Origin: the human T2T-CHM13v2.0 reference genome, Homo sapiens | DNA: 64,000 bases | Strand: one strand, 5' to 3' | NCBI RefSeq assembly: GCF_009914755.1 | Contig: NC_060932.1 | In this document: positions 27,537-40,339 of the stretch, in pieces | How positions within the stretch are numbered: the stretch's first letter is position 1 | Layout of the letters: every line of letters starts with the position of its first letter | Program-made: the position numbers and the translations under genes | Notes under the pieces: model-generated | Seen by the model: only the letters and a program-made list of their open reading frames with translations | What the model was told of the DNA's origin: nothing | Databases searched by the model: none

Positions 27537-27890
27537 TGACAGATATTTAACTTTCCCATTCCAAATTCACTTATTACCTCTTTGCATTCTGCCATTGCCC
27601 CAAGAGGTGAATATTTATGAACTGCATCTACAAGCTCCCTTGTCCTCTGGCTTGAGTTTGAACAGTGGGAGAGACCAGAGGAGAGTAGGAGGCAGGAAGA
27701 GAGTGAGGTCAAGCTATTTTTAATTCTGGGTTCCTCTCTGCCAAAAATATTTCATCTGTTTTTATATAACTATTGTTTCTGGGGTTTGATAACTATTTAT
27801 TCTTGCCTCTTCAGGCCTAGAAGTAGTAATGGTTCCCCACTGTTGCTCACTATCAGTTTTGCATTATCTGTGATAGGTTGCCAAATCTCG
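27537..27890 (+). mobile_element. LTR33 (ERVL) fragment
   Basis: gctcccttgtcctctggctt...ggaagagagtgaggtc...ttgcctcttcaggcctagaagtagtaatgg...tgttgct. Confidence 0.75.
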
Positions 27891-28536
27891 AGAGTTGTGA
27901 AAAATTGACATTGCTGATCAATCAAGAATTGTAGGATGAATCACCTAGTAAAGATATAATCTTATATGTACCCAATGACTCTTGAGATAGAGATGTTAGG
28001 AGCATATGTTCAAGTAGTATTGACAGTCAGATTTAGTTTGAAGACCAACGTTAAATTATATTCTGTCATTTGTGAATTTCTGCATAGAAAATAGAAATAC
28101 AAGGTTCTCATTATGTTGTATTCTGACAGCTTTCAAATCCCTGCTTGGTTTTCTAGTAAGAAAAAGACAACTGAGAATATAAGGAGCCCAGTACATATTA
28201 AGTTCAATACCCTAAATATAACTGTCTGTGCAAGCCCTCACACAGATCATACTTTCTACTAATTAAGTAGAAACCAGACTTGTTTTCTCTATCTTTGCAT
28301 CTAAGTATAATCATTTCCCAAGAGAGAAATTATCAAAAATGTTAGGTAATAATAATGATGGTAAGTCAAATACACATACACACATATTTCAAATCATAAG
28401 TGAACGGAACACAATTTTTAAGCCATGCCTTTAATGAAAGAATAGGCTTTTTTAATAACACATTTTTCTTTAACTCTTACATCAATCTGAAAAGTGGTCA
28501 TCACTAAAAAAAGGTTTGATCAATGCTCACCATTCC

Positions 28537-28844
28537 TTTTTTTTTTTTTTTTTTTTTTAAGACAGAGTCCTGCTCTTTCACCCAGGCTGGAGTACAGTGG
28601 CGTGATCTTGGCTCACTGCAAGCTCCGCCTCCCGGGTTCACACCATTCTCTTGCCTCAGCCTCCTGAGAAGCTGGGACTACAGGTGCCCACCACCACACC
28701 TGGCTAATTTTTTTTTTTGTATTTTTAGTAGAGACGGAGTTTCACAGTGTTAGCCAGGATGGTCTCGATCTCCTGACCTCATGATCCGCCCGCCTCAGCC
28801 TCCCAAAGTGCTGGGATTACAAGAATGAGCCACCATGCCCAGCC
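28537..28844 (-). mobile_element. AluY
   Basis: gcaagctccgcctcccgggttcacaccattctc; poly-T tail; TSD atgctc(t)accattc. Confidence 0.97.
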
Positions 28845-29579
28845 TATGCTCTACCATTCTTTATAATGCAATGATTAAAAACAGAAATTTTGAATAAACT
28901 AAATGAGAATGTTCAATTCTTTGCTTTCCTAATGGCAGTTCGGAAATTCCAGGTCAGTTAACTCACATCTTCCCACTAACAATTTTCTCATAAATAGAAT
29001 GAAGATAAGCATGGCTATGTCAGAGATATAACAACTCTTTAAGATAACGTGTATCAAATGCTCAGAACAGTTACTGTAACAAATACATAGCTGGACAAAT
29101 GGCAATAAACATGATTGTTATTTCTGGTTTTGCTATGGGTTTCTTCACCATGCCAGGGATCAGCAGATTACCTCCTTCTCTGGGTATGGCACTTTCCTCA
29201 CAGATTAAAAACACTGTTTACCTCAGGCTTTCACATTCCCTGGATCTTGGCAATTTAGGACAAAGCTAAAACCAAAGATATATTTAAAAAGCATCCCTCA
29301 GAAACTTCCCTCAAAGTTTCTCTAAGGTAACAGATTCTAGAGACCTCAAGATTTTCCAATTTGCCTTTGAATATCTACTTTATGTTTTCACTTTAAAAAT
29401 ATGCATTAAGCCTCAGTTAGGCTAAAAATTCTGGCTAAAGTAGCAATAAATTGATTACAAAAGCATAAACCATCAAGGACAAAACATAGAGAAAAGGAGA
29501 CAGTAACATCAAAAATTTGAAGGCTAAACAGTAGATGGATCAGTAGTAACTTTTAGATGTAATTAGGTAATTTTTGGTT

Positions 29580-31899
29580 TGATATGGTTTGGTTGTGTCC
29601 CCACCCAAATCTCATCTTGAATTGTAACTCCCACAATTCCCACATGTCCTGGGAGGAACCTGGTGGGAGCTAATTGAATCATGGGGGTGGATCTTTCCCA
29701 TGCTGTTCTCACGATAGTGAATAAGTCTCACGAGATCTGGTGGTTTTAAAATCGGGAGTTTCCCTGCACACACTCTCTCTTTTGTCTGCTGCTATGCATG
29801 TAAGATGTGACTTGCTCCTCCTTGCCTTGTGCCATGATTGTGAGGCCTCCCAAGCCATGTGGAACTGTAAGTCCAATAAACCTCTTTCGTTTGTAAATTG
29901 CCCAGTCTCAAGTATATCTTTATCAGCAGTGTGAAACGGACTAATACAATAAATTGGTACCAGTAGATTGGAGCACTGCTAAAAAGATATCTGAAAATGT
30001 GGAAGCGACTTTGGAACTGGGTAACAGGCAGAGATTGGAACAGTTTGGAGGCCTCATAAGAAGATAGGAAGATGTGGGAAAGTTTGGAACTTCCTAGAGA
30101 CTTGTTGAATGGCTTTGCCCAAAATGTTCATAATGATATGGACAATACAATCCAGGCTGAGGTGGTCTCAGATGAAGATGAGAAACTTGTTGGGAACTGG
30201 AGCAAATGTGACACTTGTTATGTTTTAGCAAAGAGAATACAAGCATTTTGCCCCTGCTCTATTTGTGGAACATTGAACTTGAGAGTGATGAATTACGGTA
30301 TCTGGCAGAAGAAATTTCTAAGCAGCAAAGCATTCAAGAGGTGACTTGGGTGCTATTAAGGGCATTCAGTTTTAAAAGGGAAACAGAGCATAAAAGTTTG
30401 GAAAATTTTCAGCCTGACAATGCAATAGAAATGAAAATCCCATTTTCTGATAAGAAGTTCAAGTGGTGTACAGAAGTTTGCTTAAGTAATGAGGAACCAA
30501 ATGTTAAACTCCAAGACAATGGGGAAAATGTCTCCAGGGCATGTCAGAGACATTTGCAGAAGCCACTCCCATCACAGTTCTGGAGGTTTAGGAGGAAAAA
30601 TGGTTTCCTGGGCTAGTCCCAGGGTCCCTCTGCTGTGAGCAGTCTAGGGACTTGGTGACCTATGTCCTAGCTGCTCCAGCTGTGACTAAAAGGGGCCAAA
30701 GTATAGCTCAGGCTGTTGCTTCAGAGGGTGGAAGCCCAAAGCCTTGGCAGCTTCCACGTGGTGTTGAGCCTGCAGATGCACAGATGTCAAGAATTGAGGT
30801 TTGGGAATCTCTGCATAGATTTCAGAGGATGTATGGAAATGCCTGCATGCCCAGGCAGAGGTTTGCTGCAGGGGAAGGGCCCTTAAGAAGAACCTCTGCC
30901 TGCTTGGGCAGTGCAGGAGGGAAAAGTGGGGTCAGAGCCCCCACACAGAGTCCCTACTGGGGCACCGCCTAGTGGAACTATGAGAAGAGGGTCACTGTCA
31001 TCCAGACCCCAGAATGGCAGTTCACCAACAGCTTGCAACGTGGGCTTGGAAAAGTTGCAGACACTCAATGCCAGCCCATGAAAATAGCCAGAGGGAGGCT
31101 GTACCCTGCAAAGCCACAGGGGTGGAACTGCCCAAGACCATTTAGAACACACCTCTCGCATCAGCATGACCTGAATGTGAGACATGGAGTCAAAGCAGAT
31201 CATTTGGGAGATTTAAGATTTGACTGCCCCACTGGATTTTGGACTTGCATGGGCCTGTAGCTCCTTTGTTTTGGTGAATTTCTCACATTTGAAATGACTG
31301 TATTTACCCAATGCCTGTACCCCCATTGTATCTAGGAAGTAACTAACTTGCTTTCAATTTTACAGGATGGAAAAACAGGTGGAAGGGACTTGCCTTGTCT
31401 CAGATGAGACTTTGGATTGTGGACTTTGAGTTAATGTTAAAATAAGTCAAGACTTTGTGGGGGCTGTTGGGAAGGTATGATTGATTTTAAAATGCAAGGA
31501 CATGAGATTTGGGAGGGCCGGGGGTGTAAAGATATGGTTTGGCTATGTCTCAACCCAAATCTCATTTTGAATTTTAACTCCCACTATTCCCACATGTCAT
31601 GGGAGGAACCTGGTGGGATGTAATTGAATCATGGGAGCAGGTCTTCCCCATGCTGTTCTTCTGATAGTGAAAAAGTCTCATGAGATATGATGGTTTTAAA
31701 AATGGGAATTTCCCTGCATAAGCGCTCTCTTTTGTCTGCTACCATCCAGGTAAGGTGTGACTTGCTCCTCCTTGCCTTCTGTCATGATTGTGAGGCTTCC
31801 CCAGCCATGTGAAACTATAAGTCCAATAAACCTCTTTCTTTTGTAAATTGCCCAGTCTTGGGTATCTCTTTATTAGCAGCATGAAAACAGATTAACACA
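29580..31899 (+). mobile_element. Full-length THE1 (THE1B-like) MaLR: LTR 29580-29948, internal 29949-31529, LTR 31530-31899
   Basis: Two direct ~370-bp LTRs; internal region starts ataaattggtaccag and ends in purine-rich gggagggccggggg; broken MaLR ORF pieces 30072-31260. Confidence 0.97.
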
Positions 31900-32009
31900 G
31901 AGTCCTCTAAAGGCTCAGAAATCAGTGGCACCAAGTCCCATGAATGAAATGATAGTGAAGGGAAAACAAAACAAAACAAACAGGTGGATTGGTTGAAAAT
32001 GTGTTTATA

Positions 32010-32281
32010 GGCGGGTTGCAGTGGCTCATGCCTGTAATCCCAGCACTTTGGGAGGCTGAGGCGGGCAGATCACCTGTGATCAGGTGTTCGAGACCAGCCT
32101 GACCAACATGGTAAAACCCCATCTCTACTAAAAGTACACAAATTAGCCGGGTGTGGTGGGCACCTGTAATCCCAGCTACTCATTGCTTGAACCTAGGAGG
32201 CAGAGGTTGCAGTGAGCCGAAATTGCACCACAGCACTCCAGCCTGGGCGACAAGAGTGAGACTGTCTCAAAAAAAAAAAAA
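32010..32281 (+). mobile_element. AluSp/Sq with ~20-nt right-arm deletion
   Basis: cagctactc joins attgcttgaacc, lacking gggaggctgaggcaggaga; TSD aaaatgtgt(tt)ata. Confidence 0.96.
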
Positions 32282-32577
32282 AAAATGTGTATAAGGCAAT
32301 TGAACATCAGGATTTCCTTACCAACTCTGCATAGGTATTGACTGCTAGTTTTCTACCATGATGTAAAACCAGAAGAGCGGGCTCTGGAGATGATAAAACC
32401 AAAGTTCTCTGTGCTTCAGAAGTTGGAAAATTAAACTGAAAACAACATAACTACGTAGGTTGCCTACTGAACATGGAGGCCTCTAAATCCCTTCCTTTAT
32501 TAGTATCCTGAAGCACTGGCAGTTTTATCCTCTACAAAGAAGATAAACATAGTCCTCTGTGGGTAATCTAACCAGTC

Positions 32578-32889
32578 AAACATGACATCAGTGAATGCTG
32601 CATTGAGATAACTTGTATAGTATACACCATCACACAGTGTTGCCACCATAGATTTACAATAGACATAAATGGATTCAAAAATATAGATAATAATAAAATT
32701 ATAGTAAAATAGAGGAATTGGTGATTTTTTTTAGTATTTTTACCTGTTTCTGTGATAACTTACTTAAGGATAGGTTAATATAATTTAAAATCATTAATAT
32801 AATGGCTACTTTTACAACTTGCTTTCAAAACATCTAAAAATTCAACAACCAACTCTAAGTCAGTATGAGCTGACTCCAGGATGCCACAG
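32578..32889 (-). mobile_element. MER63 (hAT-Blackjack) terminal fragment
   Basis: tgacatcagtgaatg...tacaatagacataaat...ataatggct...gagctgactccaggatgccacag is collinear with the reverse complement of the MER63 5' part. Confidence 0.75.
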
Positions 32890-33708
32890 TTTATGTCTAG
32901 AACAACTAGGCGTTTTGTAATCTTCATGTTAAGTCTTCTGCTACATTGTCCAAAATATAAGTCCTAATTAAGCCTCTAAAAAATTGGGCTGATAGTTTTC
33001 TAAAGAAATTTTTTTTTAACATATCAAGAGTTTACTTACATCCAAAGAAATAAACATCCTGCACTTGGCAGGATAAAGAAAATTGGATAAATCACTTTTT
33101 TCCTAATGATTTGTATTATCTCAAGAAATACATAACATTAGTCACGTGTATATGAAATGAGTAGGATTTAAAAAATCAGTCAAATTCAATGTATTCAAAT
33201 GACCATAAAGACAATTTTTTATTTAAAGAAAAGCCTTTCTCCGGGCAATTGATGAGTTCTATGTGTACATTCAGTAGTTCAAATGTAATGAAAGCAATGT
33301 TTTTCTTTTCATTTGCTGGGTAACTTCCACAATTAAAATAATGTATTTTTTATTAAGGTACGTATTAAACAAATGCATGCATTACATTATCTATTTGAAG
33401 ACTTTCCATCAGAATAAACTATTATATATTTTCACCTAAAGAATTTAAAAATATTACAATCATGAAACCTATTCAACAAAAAAGTTTGTGAATTATGCAT
33501 TTTTAAAAAGTAAAATAAGTTTACTTACTTTTACTTTTTCTTTTAAAAAGAAAATAAGCAGTAACTCACAGTGACTTACTGCCTGGCCGGTAGACAACAA
33601 TAATATGAAACCTTAAATACCAGACTGTCTGGCTCACAAATGGACCTTGACCACACAAGCAGAGGCCAGGGGTGACAAACTATGTTATCAGGATAGCAAA
33701 AATACAGC

Positions 33709-33945
33709 AATAAATATAGCTATCATTTACTGAGTACATCAGCTAGGCATTGTGTCAGGTGCTATATATGTCTTTTTTCTTAATTTAATCTTCCCAAGAG
33801 TTGTAGAAAAAACATTAGTCTCTTCAGAAGATATTAAGACTCATAAAAATTAAGCAATTTGTCCACGATCAGACAATTATAAATAGACATAACTGGGATT
33901 TTGCTAATCTGACATCAAAGTCCACCAACTTTTCTGTCCTCTATG
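33709..33945 (-). mobile_element. MIR
   Basis: tagctatcatttactgag...gctaggcattgtg...ttaagcaatttgtccacgatc...tctgacatcaaagtcc. Confidence 0.7.
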
Positions 33946-34272
33946 CTTATATTGATACTCTTCATAGTTATTGCTAATTATTGCACCAGTTTAGTTTATT
34001 ATATATATCGTAGTTCTTCCTTTTGCAAACATTATACTTTTTCCAGGAACCTTTGACACATACTGAAATACACATGACTTCCACTCACACTCTTTATCCT
34101 TTGGAATGTTTCCATCTCTTGTGTCCTCTCAATGCCAATAAAAAAGACATCTGAAACTTCTCCTCATATGAGAATCGCCTCTTTATCACCAGAACAACTA
34201 TAATCTCTCCCATCTTTGCACAATCTATATGCATGTGTCACATATGCTCATGTGTTTATTAGTTTTATTTAT

Positions 34273-34450
34273 CAGTGATTCTTAAAGTATAGCACTTGAA
34301 TACACAATATCCACATCACCTAGGTACTGATTGGAAATATAAAATTTTAGATCTCACCCTGACCTCATTACTTGGAAACTCTGGGGGTTTGCCCAGCAAA
34401 GTGAGTACCTCCAGATGATTCTGATGCATGACAAAGTGTAAGAACCACTG
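34273..34450. mobile_element. MER5A (hAT-Charlie)
   Basis: Inverted termini cagtgattct...agaaccactg; internal ctccagatgattctgatgca. Confidence 0.88.
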
Positions 34451-35314
34451 TATTAGAGAATATAAGGAACTTATCCTTTCTTACCTATATAATACACACA
34501 TATACATATCAGTGTGCATTTTTGGTGTCTTTATAGTCTTAGGTTAATATTCTGTTATGATTAAAGTGATAGCTTATACCCTTGCAGGAAGAAAAAGTTC
34601 TTCCATTGAAGGAGGGGATCTTCCAAAGTGAAATATCACAGGAAAGTGCCAATTCTGGAATAGAAAAGGAAACTAGCACAGTAGGTCACAAAAAGACAAA
34701 AGGCTCTAAGAATACCAGTCCTAATTGGCAGAATACGAAGATACGGGGAAAACTGGCCCCTATGCGCCTCACCCAGGCAGGCCAAAATCTAATCACCAAG
34801 CTAGACACTGGTTCCCTAACCTAGATAAAAAATTCAAAATCTCCTGGTACCTTAATATAAGAGGAATTTCCTACACTTAGGAGATTCAAATTTGGTAACA
34901 CTAGCATCTAGCTTTACAACATGTACTACACATGATTTTGATGTGATTTGAGAACCACAAGTAAGGATGAGGCAATATGTTCCAGAAAGCAGCCGCCTGG
35001 AATGAGACACTAAAATTGCAACTTAGTATTTATCTCTACTAGGTTATCCCTGAGGCTTCAGTGATGAACTGTTTAGAAAGAATAACCTGATCTGACCTAG
35101 GATTAAGGAAAATATTTGTTTCCATATTTAGGGCAACTCTGTAAGTTACCTTAGGGGTGATTAGGGAGCAAGCTCTATGAGGCAAAAGATGCTTTAAACA
35201 AATAAAGACTGTGCTTCGAGTGTTGATGGTTTTTATAAAAGGTAGTGACGAATTATAGTCTTTCTCCCCTTAAACATGATATGGATTTTCTTGAAAGCAG
35301 AAATGATGCTTTCG

Positions 35315-35329
35315 TGTTGTTGTTGTTAT

Positions 35330-35361
<32 letters not shown>

Positions 35362-35364
35362 TTA
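35315..35364. repeat. (GTT)n(GCT)n compound triplet repeat
   Basis: Seen directly. Confidence 0.9.
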
Positions 35365-35424
35365 TTTTGAACAAATTTCAATATGTAACAAAACTTGCAT
35401 GCAACAGAGAGAGCAGTGAGACCC

Positions 35425-35920
35425 AATAATGATTAAGGGTCTACCTTGTGCAGGCACCTTTAAAAATTTTTACTTCCAACTTTTATTTTAAGTTCCGGGA
35501 TACATGTGCAGGATACACAGGTTTGTTATGTAGGTTAACATGTGCCATGACAGTTTGCTGCACAGATCATCCCAGCATCTATTAGCTATTCTTCCTGAAG
35601 CCCTCCCTCCTTCTATCCCCAACCCTCCAACAAGCCCCAGTGTGTGCTGTCCCCTCTCCACCATATGTGCGTGTGTTCTCATCATTTGGCTCCCACTTAT
35701 AAGTGAGGACACACAGTATTTGGTTTTCTGTTCCTGCACAGGCACTTTTTAATATGCTTTAAATGCACCATCTTATTTGCTTCTCAAATCTCCTATTTTA
35801 GTTTCATTGTATGTAAAGGGCACTGAAGTTCCAAGAAGCTATAATAACACATCAGTAAGCAGCAAAACTGGATTTTAATCTTGTTGGTCTTAAACATAGT
35901 AGCTTATGTTTTTATCCATG
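35425..35920 (-). mobile_element. MIR split by a short L1
   Basis: gtctaccttgtgcaggcac, then ...aaagggcactgaagttc...agtaagcagcaaaactggatttt. Confidence 0.55.
35467..35736 (-). mobile_element. L1PA (about PA11-13) 3' end, 5'-truncated
   Basis: caacttttattttaagttccgggatacatgtgcagg...ctcccacttataagtgag...tatttggttttctgttcctg; TSD core caggcac on both sides. Confidence 0.92.
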
Positions 35921-36122
35921 AGATTAATTGAATCTTATTTATGTATTTATTTTAAAATATTGATATTTAAATAATGCCTTTAAATTATTAAAAGGCAAAT
36001 AAATGACATGGTACAGCATGCACTATTGTATTCTTCTAAGATATTTGCTTTCTCCTATGGTATAGTGATAAGCTATACTTATAAGGCTATCCTCTGCTCC
36101 ACTTTTCGAATCAACCCCCACC

Positions 36123-36586
36123 TGTACGTTATAGTATTTCATTTGGCTGCCAGTTAAACTAGTAAATAAGTAAATAAATTAGTGGTCTATACAAAATAGA
36201 AGTTTTTTTTTCTCTAATTTGCATGACACAGACTGAGAAGGTCATGTAGTGAAGTATCATGCTCCATATGGATCCTGTCAAGAACCCAGGCAACTTCTAT
36301 GACCACTAGGGATGGCATTTCTCACAGTTCAAAATGGTTCCACGCTGTAGGCATTAGTTCAGAGAAAGAAAGAGAGATGAAAGCAAAGGAAGCTGTCCAG
36401 CAGCTAATATATAAAGCCTCTTCTAATGTCCTTTTCTTTCCTAAATTCAGTCATATGACCACATCTAGATGCAAGAAATGCTAGCAAATGAAATCTTCAT
36501 TCTATTGTCATTGTATTTCCAACAAAAATTCCGGTAATGGAGGAAGGGAAAACAGATATTGAGAATAATCATTAGCCTATAAGACA
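36123..36586 (-). mobile_element. MLT1J/K-like old MaLR LTR
   Basis: gtcaagaacccaggcaacttcta...agtcatatgaccacatctagatgcaagaaatgct...ggaggaagggaaaacagatattg. Confidence 0.65.
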
Positions 36587-36944
36587 TGATCTAATTGCCA
36601 TTTGGAAAAAGACCAAAATTAAAAATGAAAGCCTTTCCCAACATGCATTGTCGTCATCCTCTTCAAATTCTCATTTTATGTCGAGTTGAAACTAATATTG
36701 CTGAAGAAACCTGAGGCTATACCTAAAGGAGACAATTCAATGAACATAAAGCAAAGGTGTCTCCTTGGAGCAGAAACATGTAATTTAAGAAATATTAATC
36801 GTACTATTTAGCTTTTTTCTTTTAATATAATTCAAAATCTAAGCACTAAAATACAGGATGATAAATTGCCTGAATTTTTGCATTTTTGTATAACTGCATA
36901 TTCCCTTTATAACAAGAAATAATTATTGGAAGTTTAATCTTAGA

Positions 36945-36948
<4 letters not shown>

Positions 36949-36995
<47 letters not shown>
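36949..36995. repeat. (TA)n microsatellite, about 23 units
   Basis: Perfect run seen directly. Confidence 0.97.
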
Positions 36996-36997
<2 letters not shown>

Positions 36998-38149
36998 AAT
37001 CATGTAATTTACCCAAATTTGGCACACTGTTAAGAATAACATGGGACTGTTTCTTTGCACGTGTTTAACACAGCTTTTGGCACTATTTTGATTAAGTATT
37101 ACTACAATAAATGTTGTAACACTACTTTCCAAGAGAGGAAATAAAAGATAAATTCTGTGTGCCTTTTGGGACACTTAACAGAGAAACAAATTAAAGGACA
37201 TTCCAGTCCAAGTGTGTGCTGGCAAATGGAAAAGACAAATGATCAGAATGAGACAAAATGAGGAAATACAGCATTTTCCAACACTCATTACATGGACTAG
37301 AACTATGCCGTTGGCAAAATAAATAAATAAATAAAATTGCAAAATTCTGGAAAAAAGAAGGAGCGCAAATTGCCTCAGTGTAGGAAACTTCTGATAACCT
37401 TCAATATGCAGACAGGTATTATCTTTCACCATAAGTGCACAGATGGAGTGATTTTCAAATTATTTGAGTTTAGAACATTATTCCTCAAAATAAGTATTAT
37501 ACTAGTTTTTATACTAGTTAGCTCTTGATAGGACATCTTTTCAGAAAATATTCACTTGGGAGCTTTACATATCACTGACAATTGCTCATTTTACTTCATT
37601 TAAGCTGACTACTAAAAATCTCTTCCTATCTCAAGCAAGAACTCCATCTTTGGCTCCTCAGAGACCCTACTGCATGAGCATCCTTGCTGAAATTCTTTCT
37701 CACATGTTTCATGGACCCCCTTTTGTTCTGCCCTTTCTTTCTAACCCCTAATTATTTGTCAACATTTTCCCGAAAAACTGTTGTTGACTCTATATTCAAT
37801 ACCTAAATATATTTCTTTCTACAAGGAAGATGTATGTGACAAAAGTTCAAAATCTGAATTTAGGAGGAAACAAGTGAAAATAATCCACACTCTAGCTGGA
37901 CTGAGATGATGTGGCCTGACGGGAGGCTGAGTGGCAGGTTAGATGTCACCAACAGAAAATATGCATAATAAGACCAGTGCCTAGTTCTGCTTGTGACATC
38001 AGATGTGATAAGAGTGCATGAGAAAGTGAAATATGAGAAGCTTGTTGTAGATACACGCATGTGCACTCATTGGCATGATTCCTTTTTCTCGTTCTATACT
38101 AAGGGTTATGTTTTCTGATTTTTAATCATTCCTTAAATACGAACCATGA

Positions 38150-38345
38150 GGCTGGGTGCAGTGGCTCACACCTGTAATCCCAGCACTTTGGGAGGCCAGG
38201 ACGGGTGGATCACTAGGTCAAGCGATCAAGACCATCATGGCCAATATGGTGAAACCCCATCTCTATCAAAAATACAAAAATTAGCTGGGCATGGTGACGC
38301 GAGCCTGTAGTCCCAGCTACATGGGAGGCTGAGGCAGGAGAGTCA
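38150..38345 (+). mobile_element. AluSc-like, right arm 3'-deleted
   Basis: Left arm, linker and part of right arm, ending ggcaggagagtca; followed by TA-rich sequence and accatga TSD remnant. Confidence 0.93.
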
Positions 38346-38514
38346 TATAAATATATATATACCATGAAAAAACATTAACAGCATCAACTTATACTGAAAT
38401 ATTGCAGAATTAATTCTATTGGCAATATGTATGTGGGATGTGTTTAATGTGAATTGAAGAATAACATGAGAGGTGTTTATGAGATAAAGTTATTTTTCAA
38501 AATATATGTATTTA

Positions 38515-39270
38515 TTTATTTTTATATATACTGATTTAGCAAGTAATAAATGAGTGACTAATATGGACCTAACACTATGTTAGATGTTATGGAAAGAAGA
38601 TGAGACAGACATAGCCAGTGCCCACAAAGACTTCTAATGCACTGTGTGTTGAAGGGTGAGAGCCAAGTATAAAGCTAGGTATCATGGAATGTGACAAACT
38701 TGTTATGTTGATGTTTTAGTCCATTCTCACATTGCTATAAAGAAATACCTGACTGGGTAACTAAAAAGAGAAGATGTTAAATTGGCCCATGCTTTCACAG
38801 GCTGTACAAGAAGCATGAGGCTGGCTTCTGGGGAAGCCTCAGGAAACTTACAGTCATGGTGGAAAGTGAAAGGGTAGTAGGCATGTCAGGAGCAAGAGAG
38901 AGACAGAAGGGGGGAAGTGTTACATAGTTTTAAATAACCAGATCTTGTGAGAACTCACTCACTATTACAAGGACAGTACAAGATGGATGATGTTCAGTCA
39001 TTCAAGAGAAACTGCCCCCATGATCCGGTTACCTCCTAGCAGGCCCAACCTCCAATATTACAGATTACAATTTGACATGATGTTTGGTAGGGGCACAGAT
39101 CCAAACCATATCAGTTGATATAGTGGTGACCTGAATAAAATGTTACTGAAGCACAGTGACAGTAGGGAAAATAATTAATTTTGCTGAGGCAATGAAGTAG
39201 ATCTGCAAGTTTCTGCAGAGACGATAACAACTGACCTAAGCTAAAGACTTAATTCCTGAGAGGAGACAGT
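38515..39270 (-). mobile_element. L2 3' fragment split by MSTA
   Basis: tttagcaagtaataaatgagtgactaatatg...acactatgttagatg...agacagacatagccagtgccc. Confidence 0.5.
38712..39113 (-). mobile_element. MSTA MaLR solo LTR
   Basis: tgttttagtccattctcacattgctataaagaaatacctga...cacagatccaaaccatatca; perfect 5-bp TSD gttga. Confidence 0.95.
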
Positions 39271-39534
39271 ATGAGGATTGAATTGGAGGGATAAATGTAA
39301 ATGAACTTTCTGAGATAAGCAATTCTAGCAAAATAATCTAGCAAAATTTCTCAACACCCTAAGTCCTTTGCATTTTTTAAACAAACGAATGTATGAGTAA
39401 ATGGATGACTAAATGAAACATAGATGGCAGGTGGTCGGGAGGAGGATGACTGGTATAGTGAAATAGACAGATGCAACTCAACATCTGAAGGACTCCACTT
39501 GCCATGAATTGTAAAACTCAGTCTAACCTCTGAA

Positions 39535-40245
39535 ATCAATGGGATATCTATGTGCAACCAGAAAAATAAACAAACACAAAAGCTAGAAACTGACCTTATG
39601 CTTTACCTAAAAATTGATTCAAAATAGATAATAGACCAAGATGTAAAACACAAAATTATAGAACTTCTAAAAGGAAGCATAAGAGAAAATGTACATAAGC
39701 TTAGGTTTGATGATAAATTTTAAATACAGCACCAAAAGCATAATACACTAAGGAAAAAACTGATCAGCTAGACTTTATTAAAATTAAAAATATCTTCTGT
39801 TCTAATGACCTTGTTAAGAAAAGCATCAAGCCACAGCCTGGGTGTGGAAGGGAATTGAAAAATATATATCTGAAAAAACTTGTATCCAAAATATAAGAAT
39901 ATTTAAAACTCAAAATTAAGAAAGCAAATAACCCTCATTAAAGTAGTACAGAATATCTGAACCCACATCTCACTAAAGAAGATATAAACATAAATAAACA
40001 AAACAATTGATATTCAACATACTTTGTCACTAGAGGAATGAAAATTTAAAAAACAATGTAATACCATTGTATACTTGTAGAATGTTAAAAATTTTAAAAA
40101 CCAAAATGGACAGTGGCAATGGCTGGTGAGGATGCAAACAACAGGTACCCACTCTCAATCATTTCAGCCATTGCTGGTTGGAATGCAAAAGACTTCAGCC
40201 ACTTTGGAATACAATTTGGCAGTTCATTATAAAATTAAAGTAGTC
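39535..40245 (+). mobile_element. L1MC/MD ORF2 3' region fragment
   Basis: aaaaattgattcaaaatagataatagacc...gactttattaaaattaaaaa...cattgctggttggaatgcaaaa...gccactttggaa. Confidence 0.85.
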
Positions 40246-40339
40246 TAGATAATATCAAGACTCTGAAAAGCGGATGAAGTGAAATTATTGGGACACCTTG
40301 AAAAGGAACCAATATGTTCATAACTGACCTTCTTACTCC

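Larger units (their letters stand above)
29430..32570 (+). mobile_element. Ancient L1M 5'-end remnant hosting the THE1 and an Alu (pieces about 29430-29570, 31900-32009, 32285-32570)
   Basis: cagtagatggatcagtagtaact; aaaggctcagaaatcagtggcacca; caggtggattggttgaaa resemble recalled L1ME/MD 5' UTR. Confidence 0.45.

Noticed and set aside
30072-31260. Cluster of 75-133 aa ORFs as a gene
   Set aside because: Frameshifted, stop-interrupted remnants of the THE1 internal ORF.
35315-35364. CAG/CAA run as a polyglutamine exon
   Set aside because: Interrupted by an in-frame TAA on the minus strand, no exon context, and only about five pure CTG units.
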